This document shows, piece after piece, positions 1 to 10,448 of a stretch of DNA of 64,000 bases. Each line of letters opens with the position of its first letter. The first letter of the stretch is position 1. The notes beneath the pieces are model-generated. The model was given only the letters and a program-made list of their open reading frames with translations. It was not told the DNA's origin and made no database searches. Location of the stretch: contig OY762007.1 in NCBI GenBank assembly GCA_963665115.1, positions 2,048,001 to 2,112,000 of the forward strand. The letters run 5' to 3'. The translations under genes were made by a program, and so were the position numbers. This stretch comes from an uncultured Rivularia sp. GTDB lineage: Bacteria; Cyanobacteriota; Cyanobacteriia; Cyanobacteriales; Nostocaceae.

Positions 1-660
1 ATCATCTGCTAAATAGGACAAAGCGCGGAAACGTAAACCCACGAGTTGTTCGTAAAGCGGATTTATTTTGCACAAGGGGGGAATATGTACAATTTTGCGC
101 CCGAACAGCTTGACATCCCGCTCAAAAGGACATTGATTCGGAATCATTTTGCACAGGAAGCGGGCGACTTTGGGATCTTGGACATCCAAACCATCAAGCC
201 AATCTCGCAGAGGATTCAAGGCTTCGATTGGCGGCTTAGTTGGACGTATCAGAGACGATGCAACACCGGAAGTGGCTTCTACTGGTTGAGGATTTTCTAA
301 AGTGTGGCGCAGAGATTCCAGCAGGTTTTTTGGCTCTCCCAGAGCTTCACACAGCTTCTGCAATAGCTCGTCTTCGCTGGGAGAATAGATTCCATCGGCA
401 ATGGCTACCATTACCGCTGTTCGCAAGAAGTTCTCTGCTACTGGGGTATTTTTACCAAAAATAGCAGCTAATTCTTCTGGCGTTATCGTTTCAAATGATT
501 CTACATTCATCCCAGGACTTAGTTCATCTTGGGTAATTGAAGTTATCAATTGCTTTTCTTGCTCGTCAAAGTTTCCGTCAGCCCAAGCAATAGTCAGCAG
601 CCCACGCAGCCAAGCGGATATTTGCTCGCTACTGTAGGGAGATTGAACAGCACTGGTCAT
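1..660 (-). CDS. Mo-dependent nitrogenase C-terminal domain-containing protein (TerB-like N-terminus), runs off the left edge
   Basis: Manual translation from ATG at 660: MTSAVQSPYSSEQISAWLRGLLTIAWADGNFD...CKMIPNQCPFERDVKLFGRKIVHIPPLCKINPLYEQLVGLRFRALSYLADD. This is the conserved cyanobacterial family motif; it is absent from the ORF track because the stop lies outside the window. Confidence 0.85.
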   Translation of the reverse strand, partial: MTSAVQSPYSSEQISAWLRGLLTIAWADGNFDEQEKQLITSITQDELSPGMNVESFETITPEELAAIFGKNTPVAENFLRTAVMVAIADGIYSPSEDELLQKLCEALGEPKNLLESLRHTLENPQPVEATSGVASSLIRPTKPPIEALNPLRDWLDGLDVQDPKVARFLCKMIPNQCPFERDVKLFGRKIVHIPPLCKINPLYEQLVGLRFRALSYLADD

Positions 661-1008
661 AACTCACTTCTCTAACTTTCCTGCTTTACATACTAGCTTG
701 CTATCCTCAAAAGTTTTTTCAAACTTATTGCTAATGTATATGAAAAAGATTTCTATTGAATATATACATAATTGCGATCGGATTTAATTTAGGAAATTTT
801 AAAATTGGCAAAATTTGCTTTGTAATCCTTACTCAGGATAGTTTTCAAGCATTATTCTTATTCGCTCAAAATATACTTACCCATCTTAACTTAATACATA
901 ATTCCTATTGATGTAAATTAAATTCAATGATATTATTGATAATTATTTTTATTTATTTTTTTATATATTTGAAAGCAAAATTTCATTTATACCGTGAAAA
1001 GGTGCATT

Positions 1009-1790
1009 TTGAAAACTCAAGTCAATCTCCATATCGCTCAACAAACACTATTATTTTTCTTCTTAGGAAGAGGTAAACAATTTGAACAAGTTAAATCGAT
1101 AGTTACAGATGAAGAAAGCAGTCGAGATAGTTAAAACACTAAATTCCGATTTTGAAAAACTTTCTAATGCTAATAATTCCTTTGTAGCTAGCTGTCTGCA
1201 AGGCAAAATAATTGGCAATATGGTCAGTAATTTGCTTCGTCAATACCCTCAAGGTACCGTTGTAGGAATGGGTGGTGGTTTGAATATTCGTTTTAAGCAC
1301 TTGGATAACGGTAAAGTGCCCTGTTTAGAATTGAATTTACTTGACGAAACTCAGTTCAAACAAGACTTTATCGCTGCTTCGGTGGTAAAAAATGATTGGA
1401 TTGAGGTTGTAAAAGAAACAAGCACCACATTCTATATATTCATAGCGGAATTGCGGATGTATCTAAGCAGACAGCAAGTTAAACAACTCTTTGATAAGCT
1501 TATTGAGAATTTTTCTGATTCATTATTTGCATTTGATTCTGTCTTGTCACTGATAGTGAAGAGCCAACACAGAATCAAATATATGTCAGCAAATTTTGAC
1601 TACCAGTATTTCAAAGATTTGTGAGATTCAACATTGAAACTCCGGTTGTCGGGTGATGAAATTATTACCTTCGCAAATTTTGAAGTTAAATTTCGGTTGC
1701 CTTTGTCTTTAACTTTGATAAATCGTTTGCTCTGCAAGTATTTTTCACCCCTCATTATGTCAAATCGCTTAAACCACAATTACTAACTGC
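1009..1790 (+). pseudogene. Degenerate class I SAM-dependent O-methyltransferase (TcmP/LCM-like)
   Basis: An N-terminal piece (LKTQVNLHIAQQTLLFFFLGRG...IVTD) is out of frame with ORF 1109..1624 (KAVEIV...GTVVGMGGGLNIRFKHLDNG...FIAELRMYL). Further frameshifted remnants with an in-frame TGA follow 1624. The 3' end is approximate. Confidence 0.6.
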
Positions 1791-1807
1791 TCGCAAAGGA
1801 ATAAATA

Positions 1808-2908
1808 ATGTTTCATTTTGGCATCGAACATGAGGTTGCTTTCATTGATAGTGCTGGAAAATTTGCTGATTTTTCTCGTGTAAAATTTGCTGATTTTAAC
1901 CAAATAGTCGAAAAGTTACCCGTCTATAAAAATGATTATCCCGAATTACGAATTGGAGACGCTGGGATTAAACAGAAGCGCTGGTATATAGAGGGTTTTG
2001 AACGTTTCGCGGATTCTGAAAAAGTTATCGAATGCGTACCCAAAGGAATCGAAATTAGGACAACTATAAATCCAGATATTCATAGTGCGATCGCTGAGTT
2101 ATCTGAAAGTTTCCGTTTGCTCAGAGAAACGGCAGCGGAATATGGTTTTTCACCAGCATTAATCAGCTTTAATCCTTACTACGATGCATTCGCACCCAAT
2201 CCACCTTTAAATGAGTATGAAACTAAACGAAGACAGGCTTCTCCTGAGAAGCAAACTGCCAATATTCCCATGCTTACTTATGGCCCAGATTTGAATATTT
2301 CTATGGTGGGGTTAACTACCGAACGTATTATTGATATTGGTAAAAAGTTGACTTATTACAGTCCTTATATTATTCCTTTTAGTTACAGTTCTCCCTTTTA
2401 TCAAGGTAGTTTATGGGAAGGCTTTTCTGTCAGAACTTTTGTGAGAACTGGAAGAAGACCTGCGGCAATGGTATTTTTAGAGAAGCAAGAAGAACTAATA
2501 AAAAGTATTCCATCCCTAACAAAAATTGCTCGCATTCCCGCAGAAATTGGTCGAATTGAATTTAAAGCTTTTGATAGCTGTAGCGATTTTTCTATCTATG
2601 CTGCTTTGTTAGCTTTATTAAAAGGTATTGTGTTAGACGAATCGTTACCTGATAGAGCAATCGTACCCGATGCTAAAAAGCACCAAGTTTCCGCAAAAGA
2701 AGGGTTTGATAACGAAGAAATTTTTACAAATGCAAAACATATTCTGCAAGCAGTAGAAACTGCATTAGAAAATGACCCCGATGTTAATTTACTCGCACCA
2801 CTAAAAACTTTTCTAGAAAAGCGAGAAACACCAGCCCACGAACTGATCGGACTGTACAAAGATACTAATTCGATAGAAGCAACGCTGAAACAAACTTACA
2901 TTAATTAG
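1808..2908 (+). CDS. Glutamate--cysteine ligase family 2 (GCS2) protein
   Basis: FGIEHE N-terminal motif, IEIRT, SSPFYQG and GRIEFKAFD motifs of carboxylate-amine ligases. Confidence 0.8.
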   Translation: MFHFGIEHEVAFIDSAGKFADFSRVKFADFNQIVEKLPVYKNDYPELRIGDAGIKQKRWYIEGFERFADSEKVIECVPKGIEIRTTINPDIHSAIAELSESFRLLRETAAEYGFSPALISFNPYYDAFAPNPPLNEYETKRRQASPEKQTANIPMLTYGPDLNISMVGLTTERIIDIGKKLTYYSPYIIPFSYSSPFYQGSLWEGFSVRTFVRTGRRPAAMVFLEKQEELIKSIPSLTKIARIPAEIGRIEFKAFDSCSDFSIYAALLALLKGIVLDESLPDRAIVPDAKKHQVSAKEGFDNEEIFTNAKHILQAVETALENDPDVNLLAPLKTFLEKRETPAHELIGLYKDTNSIEATLKQTYIN

Positions 2909-3029
2909 AAGTTATTCCTTAACCATTACTAGGTTAAAAATTGGTTAAAGCTGAAAGGATAAGGGAAAGAAAGACATAAAGACGATTCTTACCTTTATCC
3001 TATAGCCCTTTTTTCAGATCCGAGTAAAG

Positions 3030-3212
3030 CTAATTAAGCTTAAATTCTTCCTGCTTTCTTGCTTGAACTTCCTGCCAAACATCTTCCCAACGTTCGCTAA
3101 TTAAATCTTGGAGTTTAGCTAAATACTCCTCGGATTGATAATTATCTTCTTCATCCTTTGATTTACTGTCAGTAAATAACAAGGAGGGTATAGTGGATGA
3201 TACTTTAATCAT
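3030..3212 (-). CDS. Small acidic hypothetical protein (60 aa), probably NtcA-controlled
   Basis: ATG-initiated ORF with a helical-looking C-terminus, placed just downstream of an NtcA class II-like promoter. Confidence 0.6.
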   Translation of the reverse strand: MIKVSSTIPSLLFTDSKSKDEEDNYQSEEYLAKLQDLISERWEDVWQEVQARKQEEFKLN

Positions 3213-3243
3213 GATAAATTTGACGACTTCAAGGACTATTGCA

Positions 3244-3285
3244 ATCTTATAGCAATAACAATGGGATGTTGTATGCTGCTTTACA
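3244..3285 (-). promoter_or_regulatory. NtcA class II-like promoter (TGTA-N8-TACA, 21 nt, TAAGAT)
   Basis: tGTATGCTGCTTTACa at 3270-3285; minus-strand -10 TAAGAT at 3249-3244. Confidence 0.6.
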
Positions 3286-3397
3286 AAAGATGATAGTAAA
3301 CTATATTTAGATATACATCAGTTCTCAGAAATTGTAAGTACTTTCAAAACAATTTTTAAAAATAAATTGGTAATTTTTGTATTGAAAGTCAGGAGAT

Positions 3398-3446
3398 GTA
3401 AACATATTTACGCGGGTAACTTAAGTATTTTGTAGTTGATGATACA
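3398..3446. promoter_or_regulatory. Two further NtcA-type boxes
   Basis: GTAAACATATTTAC at 3398-3411 and ttttGTAGTTGATGATACaaaa with core at 3432-3445. Confidence 0.55.
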
Positions 3447-3659
3447 AAAGGCAGTTATTTAAATCTTTTGTAAACTAAATAATAATTTTCTGCGCTACTA
3501 CTGTTAGAGCCTGTTGGGAGAAGTCACAAAGTTTACTTCTAAATTCTCGTTAAATCTCTTTATTAGTCATTAAGAATCGGCAAAATAGGACGGCGAATGG
3601 GGAAGATTAAGAAAAAGTCCCATAATAAATAAACTATGTAAATTCGGAAACACACAGTT

Positions 3660-4457
3660 CTACTTATCTAGTAGAAAAGATAAGGGATTGCTCATATTCC
3701 GAGCAAAACCGAGAATACCTCGATCGCGATGCTCGTAAATTAAGTTACCTCCAGAATCAAACAAAAAAGTTCCTCCTCGTTGTGTCAAATAAGCCGAGTC
3801 GGGAACGTAAGTATTCCAATTGCTCAAAACCTCAGTCATATTTCGTAAACGTAAAGTTGCAAGTTCAAAAGGACGCTGAAAACCCTTTCCCCCAGCTAGT
3901 TTAAAAAACGAACCTTTGATATCTGGTAGAGGTGTGTCGCCAACAACTTCTTCATCACCAATTAACTGAGGTGCATTTTTATCTCCTTTGTAACCCCTAA
4001 AAACTTCCGCCAAAGTTCCACGGCTGCCAATCCCAGCACACATCAACATCAAATTGAGCCAAGCCTTTTGTGAGGTTGATAGCAAAGGGAAGTTTATATT
4101 TAAACCGCGATAAAGTTCTAAATCTTTGTGAATTTCAGCTTGCGAATCTACGAATAACCATTCCTGGGGGAATTGGGTGTAGTTACAGAATTTCATACCG
4201 GAGTTGCGATCGCCAATTCCAATAGCGCGGATGGTGATTCCTCTTGCTTCGAGCTTTTCTTTTTCTCTTTGCAGCCACCAAGCATATTCTAAATTATCAA
4301 AATCACCCAACTGCGACCAAATCAGCACGAGCAACTGAGAAGCATTCGAGCAGCCATCTAAAACAGGTTTAATCTCTCCATCGCTGACTCGTAAACGGTT
4401 AGCTGTAGATAGAATCGAGTAAACATCTGGGGAATTGGAGCGTGTTTGGGTATTCAT
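3660..4457 (-). CDS. Peroxiredoxin-like family protein (AhpC/TSA-2 type)
   Basis: SQLGDFDNLEYA, LMCAGIGSRGTLAEVFRGY, RPFELATLRL and TQRGGTFLF motifs. Confidence 0.8.
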   Translation of the reverse strand: MNTQTRSNSPDVYSILSTANRLRVSDGEIKPVLDGCSNASQLLVLIWSQLGDFDNLEYAWWLQREKEKLEARGITIRAIGIGDRNSGMKFCNYTQFPQEWLFVDSQAEIHKDLELYRGLNINFPLLSTSQKAWLNLMLMCAGIGSRGTLAEVFRGYKGDKNAPQLIGDEEVVGDTPLPDIKGSFFKLAGGKGFQRPFELATLRLRNMTEVLSNWNTYVPDSAYLTQRGGTFLFDSGGNLIYEHRDRGILGFARNMSNPLSFLLDK

Positions 4458-5140
4458 CAGGTGTCAGTAATTGTCTTCAGATATTATTTTAAGAATTTCA
4501 CCTTTATTTAATAAAAAACATTTTTAATCAATTTCACAATTTACTATTGCTTATTTAAACAGGTACAAATTAATTCAATTAGATTGTTAAAGTTCGATAG
4601 CTTAATCAATAATTTTTACAAATCCCATGCGTACAAAATCATGCAATTTACGAACTTTTTGATTTTGCTCGTGGTTGAGAGGTTTGTCAGATAACATTAC
4701 TTCGCATAACCAATTTTGGTCGTGTCTAGTAATTCTACCGCTTTCAAACATTCTTTCAATATTATTTTCCATGATAAAACTCTATGTAATAATGATAAGA
4801 TATTTATTTTTTGTTATTGACTTTATAACTCCTTTAAGTATGACAAGGTTAATTAAAAATCGTAAATATCAAAAGTTCATAAAAGTTGATACATTATATT
4901 CATCCTTTAGTGATAGTTCCTTGAACCTAAAGATTAACAGCGTAGAAGCACGGTATTATATACAGCGTCTTTATCAGCTATTTGATTGCGATAAACCAAC
5001 TCTTGGGAAATACAGATTTACTCCTATGAGATAATTAAAGTTAGGATGAAATCTTCCTACTAGGGGAGCGATATATCGTCTACTTGTACAGATTGTCAAA
5101 CTATATCCTCCGTTAGTTAGAAGTATTCTTTACTTTCCCC

Positions 5141-6167
5141 TTATTTGAGATATTCAACTGGCTGTCTTCTTCCGATGGCAATAGAAGCCACAACAATTAC
5201 CGCAGTACAAACCATTAAAAAAGTGATCTTTTCACGTAAAAATAAAGCAGATAATAAAATGCTCAAAAATGGCTGTAGTAACTGCACTTGACTAACTCTT
5301 GCAATTCCACCTATAGCTAATCCACGATACCAAGCGAAGAAAGAAAGCAGCATACTGATAATACTTACATAGCCAAACCCTAACCATGCACTCAGAGAAG
5401 CACTAATACCTGTTTGTAAAACAACTGAAGCTACAGGAATAATTAATATTGGTACAGAAAACACCAAAGCCCAACAAATAACCTGCCATCCTCCAAGGAT
5501 TTTAGCTAACTTCCCTCCTTCAGCATAGCCAAAGGCAGCTGCAATAACAGCCAGCATTAAAACGATATCGGCAAACTTAATACTTCCATTACCTTCAATC
5601 AATGCAAAGCCAACAATCGTCATACTTCCAAAAAAACTTGCTAAGTACTCGTGCAAAATTAATTTAACATTCTGAAAACTTCAAGTCCCTGCGATTGCTT
5701 CGTTCCTCGCAATGACAATACACAATTAATTTTGCGTAGGTACTTATCCAAAAGCCTATAGATGGTTTTTCACCCATACGTAATGCAGCCACTATTGCAG
5801 TCGCTAAAGGTAAAATACCTGTAACAATTGCTCCATGAGAAGCAGGTAATTGCTGCATAGCCCATGCTGATAACAACGGAAATCCGATAATTACCCCTCC
5901 TACAATAATTCCCAAATTTCCCCAGTATTGGGAATGTGGTATTGGCTGCCGAGTTAACCGTAAAAGCACTATTGCAAAAGCCGCAGCAACAAGCGCTCGT
6001 CCTAAACCAACAAAAGTAGGGTCAAAATTTGTTACAGCGATTCGCGTGGCTGGTAAGGTTCCACTAAATCCGAGAACACCAAGAAAACCATATATTAATC
6101 CAGTAGTTTCATTATTATTTGTTTCGTTTATTTTTGTGATGCTTTTACCCATTGTGCTGTTAATCAA
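5141..6167 (-). pseudogene. EamA/DMT family transporter interrupted by a 103-bp MITE
   Basis: Two hydrophobic ORF halves (5664..6167 and 5141..5656). Deleting 5644-5746 restores ...SIGFWIASFFGSMTIV... in frame. Confidence 0.9.
5642..5746. mobile_element. MITE with imperfect 23-bp terminal inverted repeats (including the TA) and TA duplication
   Basis: Left taagtactcgtgcaaaattaatt; right aattaattttgcgtaggtactta; TA at 5642-43 and 5745-46; internal gcgattgcttcgttcctcgcaatgaca palindromic repeat. Confidence 0.9.
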
Positions 6168-6215
6168 TCAACTTGGAATTAATTTCACAATCTCTTATGA
6201 TTGATTCTTTGAAAA

Positions 6216-6293
6216 GGTACAAATAGATTAAGTTTGACTAGTACAGTTATGAGATTCTACGATTGTACTAGTTAAAAAGCTGAGAATTGTACC
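6216..6293. promoter_or_regulatory. Symmetric candidate operator for the MocR regulator
   Basis: GGTACAA-N14-ACTAGTACA ... TGTACTAGT-N14-TTGTACC, a mirror arrangement between the divergent eamA-like and mocR-like genes. Confidence 0.6.
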
Positions 6294-6350
6294 GTGTATC
6301 GTCGTAAAAAATCGCATATATTGCAGATAGCGATTTATAAATACTGAGCC

Positions 6351-7841
6351 GTGAAGATTCCTTTAGATAGACGATCGCGCAAACCGATATATTTACAAAT
6401 TAAAGATAGAATCAATCGGTTAATTAAAACTGGAGCATTACAACCGGAAGAACGTTTACCTTCAATTCGTTCTTTAGCAGAGAATTTACAAGTCAATAAA
6501 TTAACAATTCTGGAAGCTTATAGCATTTTAGAAGCAGATGGAATAATTTTTGCCCGTCAAGGTTCTGGATATTTTGTCAACAAGCAAAACATTAATTTTA
6601 ATAATTCTACTAATATAAAATCAACTTTTGCACCAGCACAAAATGTGATTATTTCAGAAAGCACAGAAAATTCTTTTTTTGATATTCATATGAGTGCTGT
6701 ACAAGCACAAGCCAAAGAAGGTACGATTAATTTTAGCTACGGTTTACCTCGTCCTCCTCAAGACATGGCATTAATTGGTAGACGTACAATTACCAATACT
6801 GTTGATAGTTTATTTGCTTACGATATACCTCACGGACAAACTATTTTACGCAGACAAGTTGCTCAACTATTGGTACAACAGGGCTTAGAAGTAACACCAG
6901 AAAATTTAATTATTACTAACGGGTGCCAGCAAGCTTTATCATTAACAATGCAATATTTTTTGCAAAAAGATGATTGGGTAATTGTAGAAACACCAACTTA
7001 TCACGGTGCGATCGCCATTTTAGAAAATATCGGAGCCAGAATCATTGGCATTCCTATGAATGCTGAGGGAATGAACCTGGAATTATTAGAAAAATACCTT
7101 AAAAGCCATCGTCCAAAGTTAATTTACACCATCAGCACTCAACATAATCCTACAGGAATTGCCACTTCACAAGCTCATCGACAACAACTTCTACAGTTAG
7201 CCGAAAAATACCAATGTCCAATCTTAGAAGATAACGCTTATGAAGGATTAAATTTTGAACCAGTACCACCACCAATCAAAGCTTTAGATAAACAAGATTT
7301 AGTAATTTACACAGGTACTTTTTCTAAAACATTGATTCCCGGTTTGCGAGTTGGTTATATGGTAGTGACGGGAAAACATTATCAACCCTTAGTTGAAAGT
7401 AAATTGATGCATGACGTTCATACATCCACAGTTTCTCAAGCAATAGTCAGCGAATATCTTGCTTCCGGACATTATCGTCGTCACCGCAAAAGGTTGCAAA
7501 CCGAAAACCTCTGTAGTCGTAATATAATGTTGCAAGCCATAGAAAATTATTTTCCTCAAGAAGCTAAATGGACGGTTCCCAATGGTGGATTATTTTTGTG
7601 GGTGCAATTACCACTAAATATGAATATTTCCGAAATCCGTAAACAAGCTATACAAGAAAACGTTTTATTCGCTTCTGGTTCCGCATTTTTCCCAAATGAA
7701 CAAGGTTATCCAGCAATGAGATTGAGTTTTTCTAACACCTCAGAATCAGAAATTGATTTGGGAATATCTATTTTAGGTAAACTAATTAAAAAGCATTTCT
7801 CCGCGAAACTCTGCGCTAACCTCGGCGAAACTTTGCGTTAA
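6351..7841 (+). CDS. MocR/GabR-family regulator (GntR wHTH plus PLP-dependent aminotransferase domain)
   Basis: LPSIRSLAENLQVNKLTILEAY HTH; PLP lysine motif GTFSKTLIPGLRVG. Confidence 0.93.
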   Translation: MKIPLDRRSRKPIYLQIKDRINRLIKTGALQPEERLPSIRSLAENLQVNKLTILEAYSILEADGIIFARQGSGYFVNKQNINFNNSTNIKSTFAPAQNVIISESTENSFFDIHMSAVQAQAKEGTINFSYGLPRPPQDMALIGRRTITNTVDSLFAYDIPHGQTILRRQVAQLLVQQGLEVTPENLIITNGCQQALSLTMQYFLQKDDWVIVETPTYHGAIAILENIGARIIGIPMNAEGMNLELLEKYLKSHRPKLIYTISTQHNPTGIATSQAHRQQLLQLAEKYQCPILEDNAYEGLNFEPVPPPIKALDKQDLVIYTGTFSKTLIPGLRVGYMVVTGKHYQPLVESKLMHDVHTSTVSQAIVSEYLASGHYRRHRKRLQTENLCSRNIMLQAIENYFPQEAKWTVPNGGLFLWVQLPLNMNISEIRKQAIQENVLFASGSAFFPNEQGYPAMRLSFSNTSESEIDLGISILGKLIKKHFSAKLCANLGETLR

Positions 7842-7866
7842 ATATAAATCCTTTCCTTATAAAAAC

Positions 7867-8664
7867 ATGAAACAAACCATCATCCAAGTTGACGCATTTA
7901 CCAACAAACCTTTTTCCGGAAATCCCGCTGCTGTTTGCGTTTTAGATTCTCCTAAAGATGACGAATGGATGCAAAATGTAGCAAAGGAAATGAATTTATC
8001 CGAAACCGCATTTTTAGTCAAACAAGAAGATGGTTACAGCTTACGGTGGTTCACTCCAGCAACCGAAGTACCATTGTGCGGGCACGCTACTCTTGCAAGT
8101 TCTCACGTTTTATGGTCGGAAAATCATCTTTCATCCAATGAATCGGCGCGTTTTCACACCAAAAGCGGTTTATTAATTGCTAAAAAACAAGAAGATTGGA
8201 TTGAGTTGGATTTCCCTGCGAATCTTTCTGAAGATATTTCCACACCTCCAGAAATTAGCGAAGCTTTGGGAATACCTGTTAAAAAAGTAATGAAGAATTC
8301 TCTGGGTTATTTAGTAGAAGTGGAATCGGAAGATTTAGTGAGAAAAGTAGAGCCAAATTTGACACTTTTAACAAAGCTGTTTCCAGAAGTTATTGTTACT
8401 AGTATCGCTGAAAATAACTCGGAATATGACTTCGTATCGCGCTTCTTTTGTCCTGGTTTAGGTATTAATGAAGACCCCGTAACTGGTGCTGCACATTGCT
8501 GTCTCGCACCTTATTGGAGAAATAAATTAAATAAAGACGAATTTTTAGCTTATCAAGCATCAAGTCGTGGTGGTGTAGTAAAAGTCAAATATCCCGGTGA
8601 AGATAGAGTTTATTTGAGAGGACAAGCTGTTACAGTTTTACGAGGGGAAATAATAAGTTTGTAG
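7867..8664 (+). CDS. PhzF family isomerase/epimerase
   Basis: VDAFT...GNPAAV, NLSETAF, EVPLCGHATLA and EDPVTG motifs. Confidence 0.93.
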   Translation: MKQTIIQVDAFTNKPFSGNPAAVCVLDSPKDDEWMQNVAKEMNLSETAFLVKQEDGYSLRWFTPATEVPLCGHATLASSHVLWSENHLSSNESARFHTKSGLLIAKKQEDWIELDFPANLSEDISTPPEISEALGIPVKKVMKNSLGYLVEVESEDLVRKVEPNLTLLTKLFPEVIVTSIAENNSEYDFVSRFFCPGLGINEDPVTGAAHCCLAPYWRNKLNKDEFLAYQASSRGGVVKVKYPGEDRVYLRGQAVTVLRGEIISL

Positions 8665-9272
8665 TTGCTTAAAATAAAGTTAATTGTTTAGGAATATCTT
8701 TTTTAGGTAAAGCATTGCAAAATCCTAACTCTAGATATTCTTTAACATTTATAAATATTTTATCTGCTAATATTTTTGCTAGCATTACAGGAACGGCATT
8801 TCCGATCATTTTATAGGCATCACCAATATACTTATACTTGAAAATAAAATTATCTGGAAAAGTTTGAATTCTGGCACATTCTCTAACAGACAATCTTCTA
8901 TATGATTGAGGCGATTTTTCATCGAACTTCCATTTATCTTTGTCGATCAAAATCATTTTATTTGCTTGTGGATGTAGAGGAGTGTGTCTAGCACCTGCTT
9001 GTATTGTAAAAGATGGTTCGTTCCAACTTCTTACTCTATTTCTAGACATATAAATACTGGAAAAGCTACCTTCTTTATATTCGTGATTTGGTATTACAGT
9101 ATTGCATTGATTAATTTTAGAATATATTGCAATAGCATCAATATCTTTAATATCGTAAATAGCATTTTCAAGAGTTAATTTATTCTCGATCGCATGGGGA
9201 AATTCAAATGTTCCACCGATCTCTTTTCGATAACCAATAATAATTACTCTTTTTCTATCTTGAGGAACTTGA

Positions 9273-10448
9273 TAAGTAGGTGGGTGAGGAAATTGATAAG
9301 TATGTAACGAAAAATTAAGGACTAGCTTTAGAATGAAATTTGACACGTTTTGTACTGTAGTTTCCTCTTTCTCCCCTAGTCTCAACTCCATCAATTACGG
9401 CATAAGCAAGGTCTAATTCATCATCAAACATTCGTCCCGATATTTCGTTCTTTTTAAGATGTTGCCATTCCAATTCGATTGGGTTCATTTCTGAGCAATA
9501 CTTAGGTAAAAAGAAGATATACAAACCCATCTGCTCCCACTTTGACCATAACTGCTGGACTTCTTTACATCGATGTATAGGGCTGTTATCCTGCACTATT
9601 ACTCTAGTACGTCCACTCTTGAAGGCATCGGCAGCTTCTTGATCCATCATATGAATGTAAGATTTGCGATTAACACCCCCAATAACTAAACCGTAAACAA
9701 AGCTTATTAAGGGTTGAAAAAAACCGATAATACTTAACCTTCGACCACGCCGTTTGCTTTGTTCTAGACGTTTTTGCTCACCTTGAAAGTAATATGTGTA
9801 GCTAGGTTCACTCCACATACAAAACCCAGATTCATCAAGGTATTTCAAATCTATCTCTCCAGTCGCAGCAGCCATTTCTAACATATCTAGGTCTGCTTGT
9901 TTACTCAATCTTACTTGTGGGTCTTGTTTTCCTTTATGGCTCTTCCTGGTTCGTTTCCAAGTGACCCCCTTTTTTTGAGTACCCGTCTTAATCTGTCAGG
10001 ACTCAATTGAACTTGGCGATCGCTATATAATTTTTGAGCAAGTTGACGACTATTGTACGTTCGCGGCTCTTTTTCAAGGCACTCTTCTAGAAAAACTATG
10101 TCTTCTTCCTTCCATTTCGGTTTTCCTCCTCTACCCGGCTTATCCCAAAGTCCAGAATAGTTTAGTTTCTGCCATTTATGTAAAACATCCCTTACCGTTT
10201 GTGAAGTCCAGTTAAAATGACCAGCTATTTTTTCTACGTACCAGCCATGTGCGTTTAATCTGATAACTTCTGCTCGGTCTTTGACTTTCTGTGGCACATC
10301 ACAATTTCTAAGCTTTAATAAGGTTTGGTCTTCTTGCTTAGTGAGAAAAATCCTTAAACGAGCGCCCATAATTCAGTCCAAAATGTAGATGCATTTCCCG
10401 TATTTACTTATCTTCACATAGTTTGGTTTATTTGTGCCCACCTACTTA
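9273..10448 (-). mobile_element. IS630-family insertion sequence
   Basis: Ends taagtaggtggg.../...cccacctactta, TA duplication at 9273-74 and 10447-48, HTH orfA plus DDE orfB. Confidence 0.93.
9315..10369 (-). CDS. IS630 transposase, orfA/orfB joined by a -1 programmed frameshift
   Basis: orfA 9911..10369 (HTH) and orfB (LDESGF, QDNSPIH, PKYCSEMNPIE). Slippery AAAAAAAG at 9976-9969 gives ...VLKK|KGVTWKRTRKSHK...SKQADL. Confidence 0.88.

Noticed and set aside
46..637. Plus-strand ORFs at the window start and other antisense ORFs inside long genes
   Set aside because: Shadows of well-supported genes on the opposite strand
4675..5034. 119-aa ORF
   Set aside because: TTG start, very AT-rich, no recognisable motif; probably spurious
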